Positions 1-11,231 of a DNA stretch of 54,832 bases are shown one piece after another. The notes beneath the pieces are model-generated. The model saw only the letters and a list, made by a program, of their open reading frames with translations, was not told the origin of the DNA and searched no databases. The position numbers and the translations under genes were made by a program. The first letter of the stretch is position 1. Each line of letters begins with the position of its first letter. The DNA is taken from positions 1 through 54,832 of the forward strand of contig JAHJEW010000052.1 of assembly GCA_018825335.1 (NCBI GenBank), read 5' to 3'. Origin of the DNA: Patescibacteria group bacterium. GTDB lineage: Bacteria; Patescibacteriota; Gracilibacteria; UBA1369.

Positions 1-67
1 GACACTCAAAGACGCAAGGATTCTTTTCCAGATGAGCGATCTGTTCGCTCGAGAATATTGTTCTCAT
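1..67 (-). CDS. IS3-family transposase OrfA N-terminus (partial)
   Basis: ATG at 67 gives MRTIFSSEQIAHLEKNPCVFEC..., resembling the 'F(T/S)xEqIxxLxxNPxV' start of IS3/IS150 OrfA HTH proteins. Not in the ORF track because it is truncated. Confidence 0.7.
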   Translation of the reverse strand, partial: MRTIFSSEQIAHLEKNPCVFEC

Positions 68-141
68 GTGTTCTTTTGTTAATTGATATTAATTCTAACA
101 AAAGAAAACCGACCTGTGTCCACTTTTTGGGGTACAGATCA
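1..141 (-). mobile_element. Left end of an IS3-family (IS150-like) insertion sequence, truncated by the window edge
   Basis: Minus strand from 141 reads TGATCTGTACCCCAAAAAGTGGACAC, the 5'-TG..CCCC..GGACA pattern of IS3-family terminal inverted repeats. An OrfA-like reading frame starts at 67. Confidence 0.75.
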
Positions 142-142
142 G

Positions 143-229
143 TGGTGCCGAGGGCGGGAATCGAACCCGCACAGTATTGCTACTACGGGATTTTAAGTCC
201 CGCGCGTCTACCAATTCCGCCACCCCGGC
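143..229 (-). tRNA. tRNA-Leu(TAA)
   Basis: GCCGGGGTGGCGGAATTGGTAGACGCG...; anticodon arm CGGGA-CT-TAA-AA-TCCCG; long variable arm; GGTTCGATTCC; encoded CCA. Confidence 0.97.
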
Positions 230-238
230 ACGAAGGCA

Positions 239-832
239 TTACTTTAAGCGGAAGGATTTTACGATGTTTTCAATAATATTGGAAGTTGATTCCGATTCGC
301 CCGGGGAACTTGCTCCGGTTACAATGTAGGCGTTTTGGTCTTTTACGGCATATGTTTGCCAGTATCTGACCAGTTGATCCTGTGAAGTTTTCCTTGCATC
401 GAAAACCAAAAAGTAGCCCGGAACTTCCTTATCTCCAATAACGATAGTTGATTCCTCCTTTTTAATGTCGCTGTAATCCACTAATCCGGATTTTTGTCTG
501 TTACCAACAAGATTGGCGTACTCTCTGGAATCTGCGTTCTCCTCAAGACTTCTTTTAACAACGTTGACGTTGGCGGTGAAAGTTTCGTTTTTTACATTGT
601 TTCTTATTACAACTACGGTTTCTCCCGGGACCTCGGATGTAAAGTCGTTTTTGTCTATTACTTCCCATCTGGTTGGAATGTTCAGGCTAAAGTCGTTGGT
701 CTGGTAAACGCCTGTGTCCGATTCCGCGGTGGTGCTTGTTCCCGTATCCGATCCGAAATCAAAGCATCCTCCAAGAATGAATAAAGATATGATGGTCAAT
801 ATAGAGATTGAGGCTTTAGAAATATTTTTCAT
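239..832 (-). CDS. PsbP/DcrB-like lipoprotein
   Basis: Signal peptide with lipobox LGGC, FSLNIPTRW motif, and C-terminal beta strands (YAVKDQNAYIVTG) ending IVKSFRLK, typical of the PsbP/Mog1 fold. Confidence 0.65.
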   Translation of the reverse strand: MKNISKASISILTIISLFILGGCFDFGSDTGTSTTAESDTGVYQTNDFSLNIPTRWEVIDKNDFTSEVPGETVVVIRNNVKNETFTANVNVVKRSLEENADSREYANLVGNRQKSGLVDYSDIKKEESTIVIGDKEVPGYFLVFDARKTSQDQLVRYWQTYAVKDQNAYIVTGASSPGESESTSNIIENIVKSFRLK

Positions 833-848
833 GGTTTTATATTAAGGT

Positions 849-1901
849 TTAAATTTTTGGTTCCGGTACGTTTTTCAGGATTGATGTTTTGAGGAAAGTG
901 AAAAGTTTCTCGCCCTGATACAAGCCGTTGATGGCGTGAACCTTGAGATTCTTTTTTATGAAATTAATGCCGACGCTGTTGTCGGTGACCGGGCCGGAGA
1001 TCACATGCAGAGGCGTGCCGATAGTTTGACAAACTTCAAACAGTTTTACTGCTCCGAGCGGATCGCTGGCACAGCCGATATGTGCCGACATGTGCTGTTG
1101 AAATTCGTGATCCTGCAGAATATCTATGGCTCCGTATTCACCGAAAATTCCATCACCCAATTCTATAACAATATAATCCGGTTTTTTTTTGGACAGGTAA
1201 TTGATGGCTCCTTTTGTGATCCAGATCGATGATTCGTTGGAGTCCGCAGTGGAAACGAAGCCCGCGTCAACTATAGAAACGGTTTCCCTCGCGCCATAAT
1301 CTTCCATCTGCATGCAATCGCGCAGTGCAGCAATTCCGGCCACTTTGGCGCCGCTTACTTTGTATCCTTCCCTGGTCGCTTTCTTAATAATTTCACTGGC
1401 AACAGAAGTTTTGCCCGTGTTCATGCAGCTGCCGCTTACAATAATAAGCGGTACATTGCTTTTAATGCTTTTGGCCTGCGCGAACAGCTTATAATCGCGG
1501 ATGTTTATTGGTTCCTTTTTTTTGTTGATAATCGCTCCCAAAACTTCCACCTTAAGCGGTTTACCCACCTCTTTAAGGTTGGCGCTGGTGCATATTCCAG
1601 CTACGCCACCAAGATTAAGGATATTAATTATGTCCCCGGTTTTCAGCTCATGCGGGACTTCACCGGCAAATCCTTTAAGAGCCCGTCTGTTTCCCAAAGT
1701 GACCACGAGTGTATCGTCGATATGGATAGTGGAAAACCTGCCGGTGGTCAGTTCCAGTTTGTTGTAAATCTTTTTATCCTCAAGAACTTTTACTGCAATA
1801 ACGTATCCATCTTTCGATACAATTCGCTTGCTTATATTGAGAACATGTTTTAGAGGTACGTTTTTTGTGCTTGAAGATATTTTGTCGACGTGTATTTTCA
1901 T
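849..1901 (-). CDS. DUF1611/DgcN-like P-loop protein
   Basis: P-loop-like VSGSCMNTGKT, GAKVAG, and VIELGDGIFG motifs resemble the DUF1611 C-terminal domain. 350 aa. Confidence 0.6.
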   Translation of the reverse strand: MKIHVDKISSSTKNVPLKHVLNISKRIVSKDGYVIAVKVLEDKKIYNKLELTTGRFSTIHIDDTLVVTLGNRRALKGFAGEVPHELKTGDIINILNLGGVAGICTSANLKEVGKPLKVEVLGAIINKKKEPINIRDYKLFAQAKSIKSNVPLIIVSGSCMNTGKTSVASEIIKKATREGYKVSGAKVAGIAALRDCMQMEDYGARETVSIVDAGFVSTADSNESSIWITKGAINYLSKKKPDYIVIELGDGIFGEYGAIDILQDHEFQQHMSAHIGCASDPLGAVKLFEVCQTIGTPLHVISGPVTDNSVGINFIKKNLKVHAINGLYQGEKLFTFLKTSILKNVPEPKI

Positions 1902-1993
1902 ACGGCAACTTTGAAGGTCTTCGGCATGTTAGCAGATAATGGTATAATAGGCGAGTTGGGAGGATTTTTTATTTATAATGTATTTTATTCGTA

Positions 1994-2947
1994 ATGAAAA
2001 ACAAAAAACTTCAGATTGGGCTGCTTGATTTTAGTAGTGTGTCCCGTCTTGCGCGTAGTGGAAAATCACCCGCTCCAAGAGAGATTCAGGTTTTAAGAAA
2101 TGCGATTAAGCTGCGTGGTCATGTTCCGGTTATTTACAAGGTGCCCAAGTGTCAGATGTATTTTCATGAGCGTGAGGCGGAGATTCTTTATAATAACAAA
2201 AAAATCAAAGGTTGCGATGTTCTGATTCCTCGTGTTTCGATAACGTCCAATCTTACACTGGAGGTTTCCATTGTAAAGCAGTTTCAGTTGATGGGGATGC
2301 CCGTTATTAACGGCTATCTTCCGGTTCAGCGGGCGAAAAACAAACTCAGGACCCTGCAGATTCTGACGCAGCGCAATTTACCCGTACCGCGTACGGTGGT
2401 GGTTCGTCAGATTCAGTATATAGATGCGGCGATTGAGTGTATCGGGGGATATCCGGTGATTTTGAAATCCCCATATGGCTCTTTTGGAGCAGGAGTTGTG
2501 ATTGTGGAAAGTCGCCGGTCACTTTATTCGGCGCTGGACGTTTTATGGATGAACATGAAATCAAATATTTTATTGATTCAGGAATATGTGGCGGAGGCCG
2601 ATGGCAGCGATTACAGGGCTTTTGTAATTGGTAACCGTGTTGTGGCTTCAATGAAGCGTACCGCCCAAAAAGGGGAGTTCAGGTCGAATCTGCATTTGGG
2701 GGGACAGGCCACGGCTATTGAACTGACACCAGATGAGCAGAAAATAGCGATTCGTGCCACCAGGGCATTAAATCTGCAAATTGCCGGAGTGGATATTTTG
2801 CGTTCCAAAGATGGTCCCATAATTATGGAAGTTAACGCAAACCCAGGATTTCTTGGACTGATGGAAGTTACGGGCGTCGATGTGGCAGGTGAAATTGTGG
2901 ATTTCGCGGCAAAATTGGCCGAAAAAAGCGGAAAGGAAAAAGTCTAG
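1994..2947 (+). CDS. rimK: RimK-family ATP-grasp alpha-L-glutamate ligase
   Basis: [54 protein letters not shown] and EVNANPG motifs. Confidence 0.88.
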   Translation: MKNKKLQIGLLDFSSVSRLARSGKSPAPREIQVLRNAIKLRGHVPVIYKVPKCQMYFHEREAEILYNNKKIKGCDVLIPRVSITSNLTLEVSIVKQFQLMGMPVINGYLPVQRAKNKLRTLQILTQRNLPVPRTVVVRQIQYIDAAIECIGGYPVILKSPYGSFGAGVVIVESRRSLYSALDVLWMNMKSNILLIQEYVAEADGSDYRAFVIGNRVVASMKRTAQKGEFRSNLHLGGQATAIELTPDEQKIAIRATRALNLQIAGVDILRSKDGPIIMEVNANPGFLGLMEVTGVDVAGEIVDFAAKLAEKSGKEKV

Positions 2948-3567
2948 GCTTTGTGCCGGGTAACAATCTGGTCGATCAGGCCGTATGAGAGAGCCTCCTG
3001 CGATGACATAAAATAGTCGCGATCCGTATCTTTTTCGACGGTTTTAATTGGTTTCTTGGAATGTTCGGCCAGAATCTTGTTCAGGCGGTCCTTGGTTTTC
3101 ATAATATGTTCGGCGTGAATGGAAATGTCGGTCGCCTGTCCCTGAATACCGCCCAAAGGTTGATGGATCATAACTTCGGCGTTTGGCAGTGCGAAACGTT
3201 TACCTTTGGCTCCCCCTGCCAGCAGAATAGCTCCCATGGAGGCGGCCAGTCCCACGCAAACTGTGGATACCTCAGGTCGAATCAACTGCATTGTGTCGTA
3301 GATGGCCAGTCCGGCGGTTACGTGACCACCCGGGCTGTGTATATATAAGGTAATGTCTTTTTTGGAATCTTCGCTTTCCAAAAAGAGCAGTTGCGCGATT
3401 ATGTTGTTCGCGACGTTATCGTTGATGGCTGTTCCCAGAAAAACAACACGGTCTTTAAGGAGCCTTGAATAAATGTCATAGGCTCTTTCTCCGGCGTGCG
3501 TTTTTTCTATCACAGTCGGAATAAGGATACTTCCCTGAGTTTGATCAATATGCTTATCTTTTGGCAT
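2944..3567 (-). CDS. clpP: ATP-dependent Clp protease proteolytic subunit
   Basis: [23 protein letters not shown], catalytic AASMG and MIHQP. Confidence 0.97.
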   Translation of the reverse strand: MPKDKHIDQTQGSILIPTVIEKTHAGERAYDIYSRLLKDRVVFLGTAINDNVANNIIAQLLFLESEDSKKDITLYIHSPGGHVTAGLAIYDTMQLIRPEVSTVCVGLAASMGAILLAGGAKGKRFALPNAEVMIHQPLGGIQGQATDISIHAEHIMKTKDRLNKILAEHSKKPIKTVEKDTDRDYFMSSQEALSYGLIDQIVTRHKA

Positions 3568-3698
3568 GTCGCTTGGATTTTTTAAGAAAATACTATGCTT
3601 TATTGTATCATATTTTGATTTTTGCGACTTCCGAACCGTATTGGCATATTGTTATATTATTTTTTGATTCGATAATAATTTATCAATAAAAAATAATA

Positions 3699-3727
3699 TT
3701 GACTTTGCCTGAGCCCCTAACTACAAT
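3699..3727 (+). promoter_or_regulatory. Sigma70 promoter of the 16S rRNA gene
   Basis: TTGACT (3699-3704), 17-bp spacer, TACAAT (3722-3727), with an AT-rich UP-like region upstream. Confidence 0.8.
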
Positions 3728-3815
3728 TCATCTGCTATTTGCGCAGTTTAGCTCAAATGGTGTCTTATATTTTGAGCCGAAAGGCCTGAAAGTTGTGAGG
3801 TTTGCGGTTCAGAAA

Positions 3816-3827
3816 CGTTCTTTAACA
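3816..3827 (+). promoter_or_regulatory. boxA-like antitermination element of the 16S leader
   Basis: CGTTCTTTAACA is close to the boxA consensus TGCTCTTTAACA. Confidence 0.65.
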
Positions 3828-3919
3828 TCCAGTGTGTAATAGAGAAGTAGTGCCCTAACTATTTTTTCTTTGTAAAGTACAATTGAATCTCTCTTCGGAG
3901 AGAGAGCAATCAAACTTTT

Positions 3920-5495
<1,576 letters not shown>

Positions 5496-5685
5496 CTAGG
5501 AGACAACAGGAGCCGCATTTCGGTGCGCGCTCCAAGGTCGGGACTTTATTGGGTTTTCGCTTCGGCGAAACTCTGTAGAGTCGGCACCTTCTCTATTACA
5601 CACTGGATGTTAAATTAGTATCCCTTTGAAAAGGATTTTTTTTGCTGTACAATTCTGCTGCTTTGGAATGTGAAAGTTTATTTGT

Positions 5686-5761
5686 GGGGTCTTAGCTCAG
5701 CTGGTAGAGCGCGCCCATGGCATGGGCGAGGTCAGGAGTTCGATCCTCCTAGGCTCCACCA
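5686..5761 (+). tRNA. tRNA-Ala(GGC)
   Basis: GGGGTCTTAGCTCAGCTGGTAGAGC; anticodon arm CGCCC-AT-GGC-AT-GGGCG; G3:U70 pair; CCA end. Confidence 0.96.
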
Positions 5762-5885
5762 AAAGTGAATACTTTCGATTTTAGCTGCGTCGACTGCAAA
5801 AATTTCTCTCTCGATGTATTTTTCAATACGTCTCGGTCGAAATTTTTTTGTCTCCTTGTAAAATCGAAAGTATTCACTTTTGGTG
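5757..5885 (+). repeat. MITE/REP-like nested hairpin with perfect 27-bp terminal inverted repeats
   Basis: CACCAAAAGTGAATACTTTCGATTTTA (5757-5783) is the exact reverse complement of 5859-5885. Two inner stems are present. Confidence 0.85.
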
Positions 5886-5924
5886 CGTTTTACGTTGTCA
5901 CGTACCGCGGTTTGCGCGTTTTTC

Positions 5925-5952
5925 TTGCAAAAAAGATCTGTATATATATAAT
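5925..5952 (+). promoter_or_regulatory. Putative internal promoter for tRNA-Ala(TGC), tRNA-Ile and the spacer ORF
   Basis: TTGCAA (5925-5930), 16 bp, TATAAT (5947-5952), 15 nt before the tRNA. Confidence 0.5.
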
Positions 5953-5967
5953 TCCCTTTGCCCTTGT

Positions 5968-6043
5968 GGGGCATTAGCTCAGCTGGTAGAGCGCCTCGTT
6001 TGCACCGAGGAGGTCAAGAGTTCGAGTCTCTTATGCTCCACCA
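5968..6043 (+). tRNA. tRNA-Ala(TGC)
   Basis: GGGGCATTAGCTCAGCTGGTAGAGC; anticodon arm CCTCG-TT-TGC-AC-CGAGG; CCA end. Confidence 0.97.
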
Positions 6044-6053
6044 TTTGTAATGC

Positions 6054-6130
6054 GGGCGTGTAGCTCAGGTGGTTAGAGCGCGTCACTGATAATGACGAGG
6101 TCGGAGGTTCAAGTCCTCCCATGCCCACCA
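6054..6130 (+). tRNA. tRNA-Ile(GAT)
   Basis: GGGCGTGTAGCTCAGGTGGTTAGAGC; anticodon arm CGTCA-CT-GAT-AA-TGACG; CCA end. Confidence 0.97.
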
Positions 6131-6144
6131 TTTATTCGGATTTT

Positions 6145-6381
6145 ATGGACAGGGTTCTTGTATTTGTTTTCGGATTGCCGCTTGGTATATTAATTATGGT
6201 ATTCCGTTTTCATCTTAAGCAGTTTACAGGAGATATTGCCTGGGCTGAGCAGTATTTAGGCTCGGGTGGTACATATAACCTGTTTATTTTGATCGGCCTT
6301 GTTGTAAGTATACTGTCGGTTATGTATGCATTCGGTACTTTGCAGACTATTATCGGTGGAACGTTCGGAACTATTTTTTAA
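6145..6381 (+). CDS. Small two-TM membrane protein of unknown function in the 16S-23S spacer
   Basis: 78 aa from ATG 6145; the track start at 6121 lies inside tRNA-Ile. Two hydrophobic helices flank GDIAWAEQYLGSGGTY. Confidence 0.75.
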   Translation: MDRVLVFVFGLPLGILIMVFRFHLKQFTGDIAWAEQYLGSGGTYNLFILIGLVVSILSVMYAFGTLQTIIGGTFGTIF

Positions 6382-6415
6382 GGAAGGTGCGTTGCCAGTT
6401 ACTAAAAAATATTTC

Positions 6416-6444
6416 TTGACTTCACATTATGGCTTCCTTATAAT
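6416..6444 (+). promoter_or_regulatory. Dedicated sigma70 promoter upstream of 23S-5S
   Basis: TTGACT (6416-6421), 17 bp, TATAAT (6439-6444), with an A-tract upstream. Same -35 hexamer as the 16S promoter. Confidence 0.8.
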
Positions 6445-6567
6445 CGGGTGGCTTTGATTTCGTATAAGTAAACATATTACGAACTTTTTGGATCACAATT
6501 TGCGCATACTTCTCAGCTTTAAGTTTTGTAGGTTTTGATGGTTAGACATCCAAATCTTAAGGTTAGG

Positions 6568-6594
6568 GAGTGTGCGTAGCACACTCTTTTTTTT
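6568..6594 (+). terminator. Intrinsic terminator-like hairpin in the 23S leader
   Basis: GAGTGTGC-GTA-GCACACTC followed by T8. Confidence 0.65.
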
Positions 6595-6605
6595 GCTCAT
6601 TGAAA
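6594..6605 (+). promoter_or_regulatory. boxA-like element of the 23S leader
   Basis: TGCTCATTGAAA resembles rrn spacer boxA sequences. Confidence 0.6.
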
Positions 6606-6693
6606 ACTAGGTGCACAAAAAATAATGTAAAATTACTGAAAATAATAATTAGCGAGAGTTTTTACTCGTAGCTAGTTAAAATGACAAGTTATA

Positions 6694-9762
<3,069 letters not shown>

Positions 9763-9829
9763 ATGATTTGTCAAATTTAACTAGCTATGAGTGGAAGCTC
9801 ATGGCTTACATTACATTAAAAGGCACCAT

Positions 9830-9944
9830 CTTGGTGGCTTTAGAGAGTTGGGTACACCTGTTCCCATCCCGAACACAGAAGTTAAGCAACTCTTCGCCGA
9901 TGATACTCGTGTTATCAATACGGGAAAAGTAGGTCGCCGCCAAG
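9830..9944 (+). rRNA. rrf: 5S rRNA
   Basis: CACCTGTTCCCATCCCGAACACAGAAGTTAAGC and AGTAGGTCGCCGCCAAG; terminal stem CTTGGTGGC/GCCGCCAAG. Confidence 0.95.
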
Positions 9945-9954
9945 ATGGTGCCTT

Positions 9955-10689
9955 TTAAGTTACCACGTTTTGTTCTTCGTCCCTGATAACGTTGGTTTCT
10001 TCGATGTTTTTCAGTTTCTGGTATCTGGCAGCCATAGGGTTATAGCTGTTATAGAAAAGTTCAATGAGTTGTCTTGAATTAAGTTCCTCCACGTTTAGGC
10101 CGCAGTTCTCAAGTCCGACCTTAACGGTATTTACTCTTTGTGAAAGCTTTTTCTTTAATTCGTTAAATTCGTTGCGACGCTTTTTAACTTCGGAATAATT
10201 ATCTTTGGGATTCATGTTTTGAAAAAACTTTTGAAACATGTTTAGTTTCTCCGCCCTGAAAGGGTCGTATGGTACAATCACATAGAATTCTTTTTCCATA
10301 ATGTCCGCGTATTCCACCAGTTTGGAAATGTATTCTATGTATTCGAATGTTTGTTGCTGAAGCAGCTGATTTGTTTGTTTTTCTCCCGTTTTTCGCAGGT
10401 TGTCCAGATAGTTGTCTATATCAAGTTTTTTTGAGCGAACCACAATCTGAATGGGGAATTCCAGCGTGTTCAGAAAACCCTGATAGGAGTAGATAATGGC
10501 GTTTTGTTCTTCTTCCGATTTCAGGTTGAAGTTGATGCTGGAAACCTTGAGAATACTTCGTAATCCTCCGTTTTTAAGAATGACGGTGGTTTCTCTTATT
10601 TCCGCTATTTTTAAAAATGTTTGCGTGCTTGCAAGCGGGGTTTTTTGTGCCTGTTTTATCGAATCTTTGGTCTTTTTTTCTTTAGCCAT
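9955..10689 (-). CDS. TraC/VirB4 N-terminal-like protein of the CPR type IV secretion-like system
   Basis: STQTFLKIAEIR, VSSINFNLKSEEEQNAI, FLNTLEFPIQI and ELFYNSYNP motifs; lies directly downstream of PrgI. Confidence 0.7.
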   Translation of the reverse strand: MAKEKKTKDSIKQAQKTPLASTQTFLKIAEIRETTVILKNGGLRSILKVSSINFNLKSEEEQNAIIYSYQGFLNTLEFPIQIVVRSKKLDIDNYLDNLRKTGEKQTNQLLQQQTFEYIEYISKLVEYADIMEKEFYVIVPYDPFRAEKLNMFQKFFQNMNPKDNYSEVKKRRNEFNELKKKLSQRVNTVKVGLENCGLNVEELNSRQLIELFYNSYNPMAARYQKLKNIEETNVIRDEEQNVVT

Positions 10690-10695
10690 ATTTTT

Positions 10696-11127
10696 TTATA
10701 ATTTTTTTTTGTTTTTTTCATCTTCCAGAAACTTCGAAAGTTTTTCTTGTTTTTCGGTTATTTTATTTATTTGATCTTCTTTTTTTGATATTTTCCTTTT
10801 CATGCTTTCGGGTTCAAGGTCCTTGATGATTTCCGCGGAGGATTTGATCCAGATTCTTTTACGGGGTAAAAGAGAGAATTCTATCCATCTTAAAACCCAT
10901 TTGGTAAAACTAAGGTCGAGAGGTCTTACGAAAGCGAAGGCTATTGTAATGATGGTTACAATCGCTACGGGTGGCAACCAGGTAATCCAAAGGTAGAATT
11001 TTGCCAATGCCGTGAAGATGGCATAGCCGATGGTTCCGCCTATAGCGCAGATGATCATCTGCTTGAGTGTGAGCGGCCCTACGATTTTATCTTCCCGTTG
11101 TACGTTTTGCGGAACTTTAAACTGCAC
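10696..11127 (-). CDS. PrgI-family (VirB3-like) membrane protein
   Basis: MQFKVPQNVQREDKIVGPLTLKQ followed by two TM helices. GTG start. Confidence 0.85.
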   Translation of the reverse strand: MQFKVPQNVQREDKIVGPLTLKQMIICAIGGTIGYAIFTALAKFYLWITWLPPVAIVTIITIAFAFVRPLDLSFTKWVLRWIEFSLLPRKRIWIKSSAEIIKDLEPESMKRKISKKEDQINKITEKQEKLSKFLEDEKNKKKL

Positions 11128-11231
11128 GTGTCAAAATGAATGAATAATCCTATTAGTATACCAAAAATTGCTTTAGTCTTCAATGTTTGCTAGCATTCGC
11201 GGAGCGAGGCGAAGCCGAGCGGAGCGATATT

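Noticed and set aside
58..276. 72-aa plus-strand ORF
   Set aside because: It is antisense to tRNA-Leu and the IS end; spurious.
5732..6063. ORFs across the tRNA-Ala hairpin element
   Set aside because: They overlap tRNAs and are by-products of the inverted repeat; both strands give the same KIESIHFW peptide.
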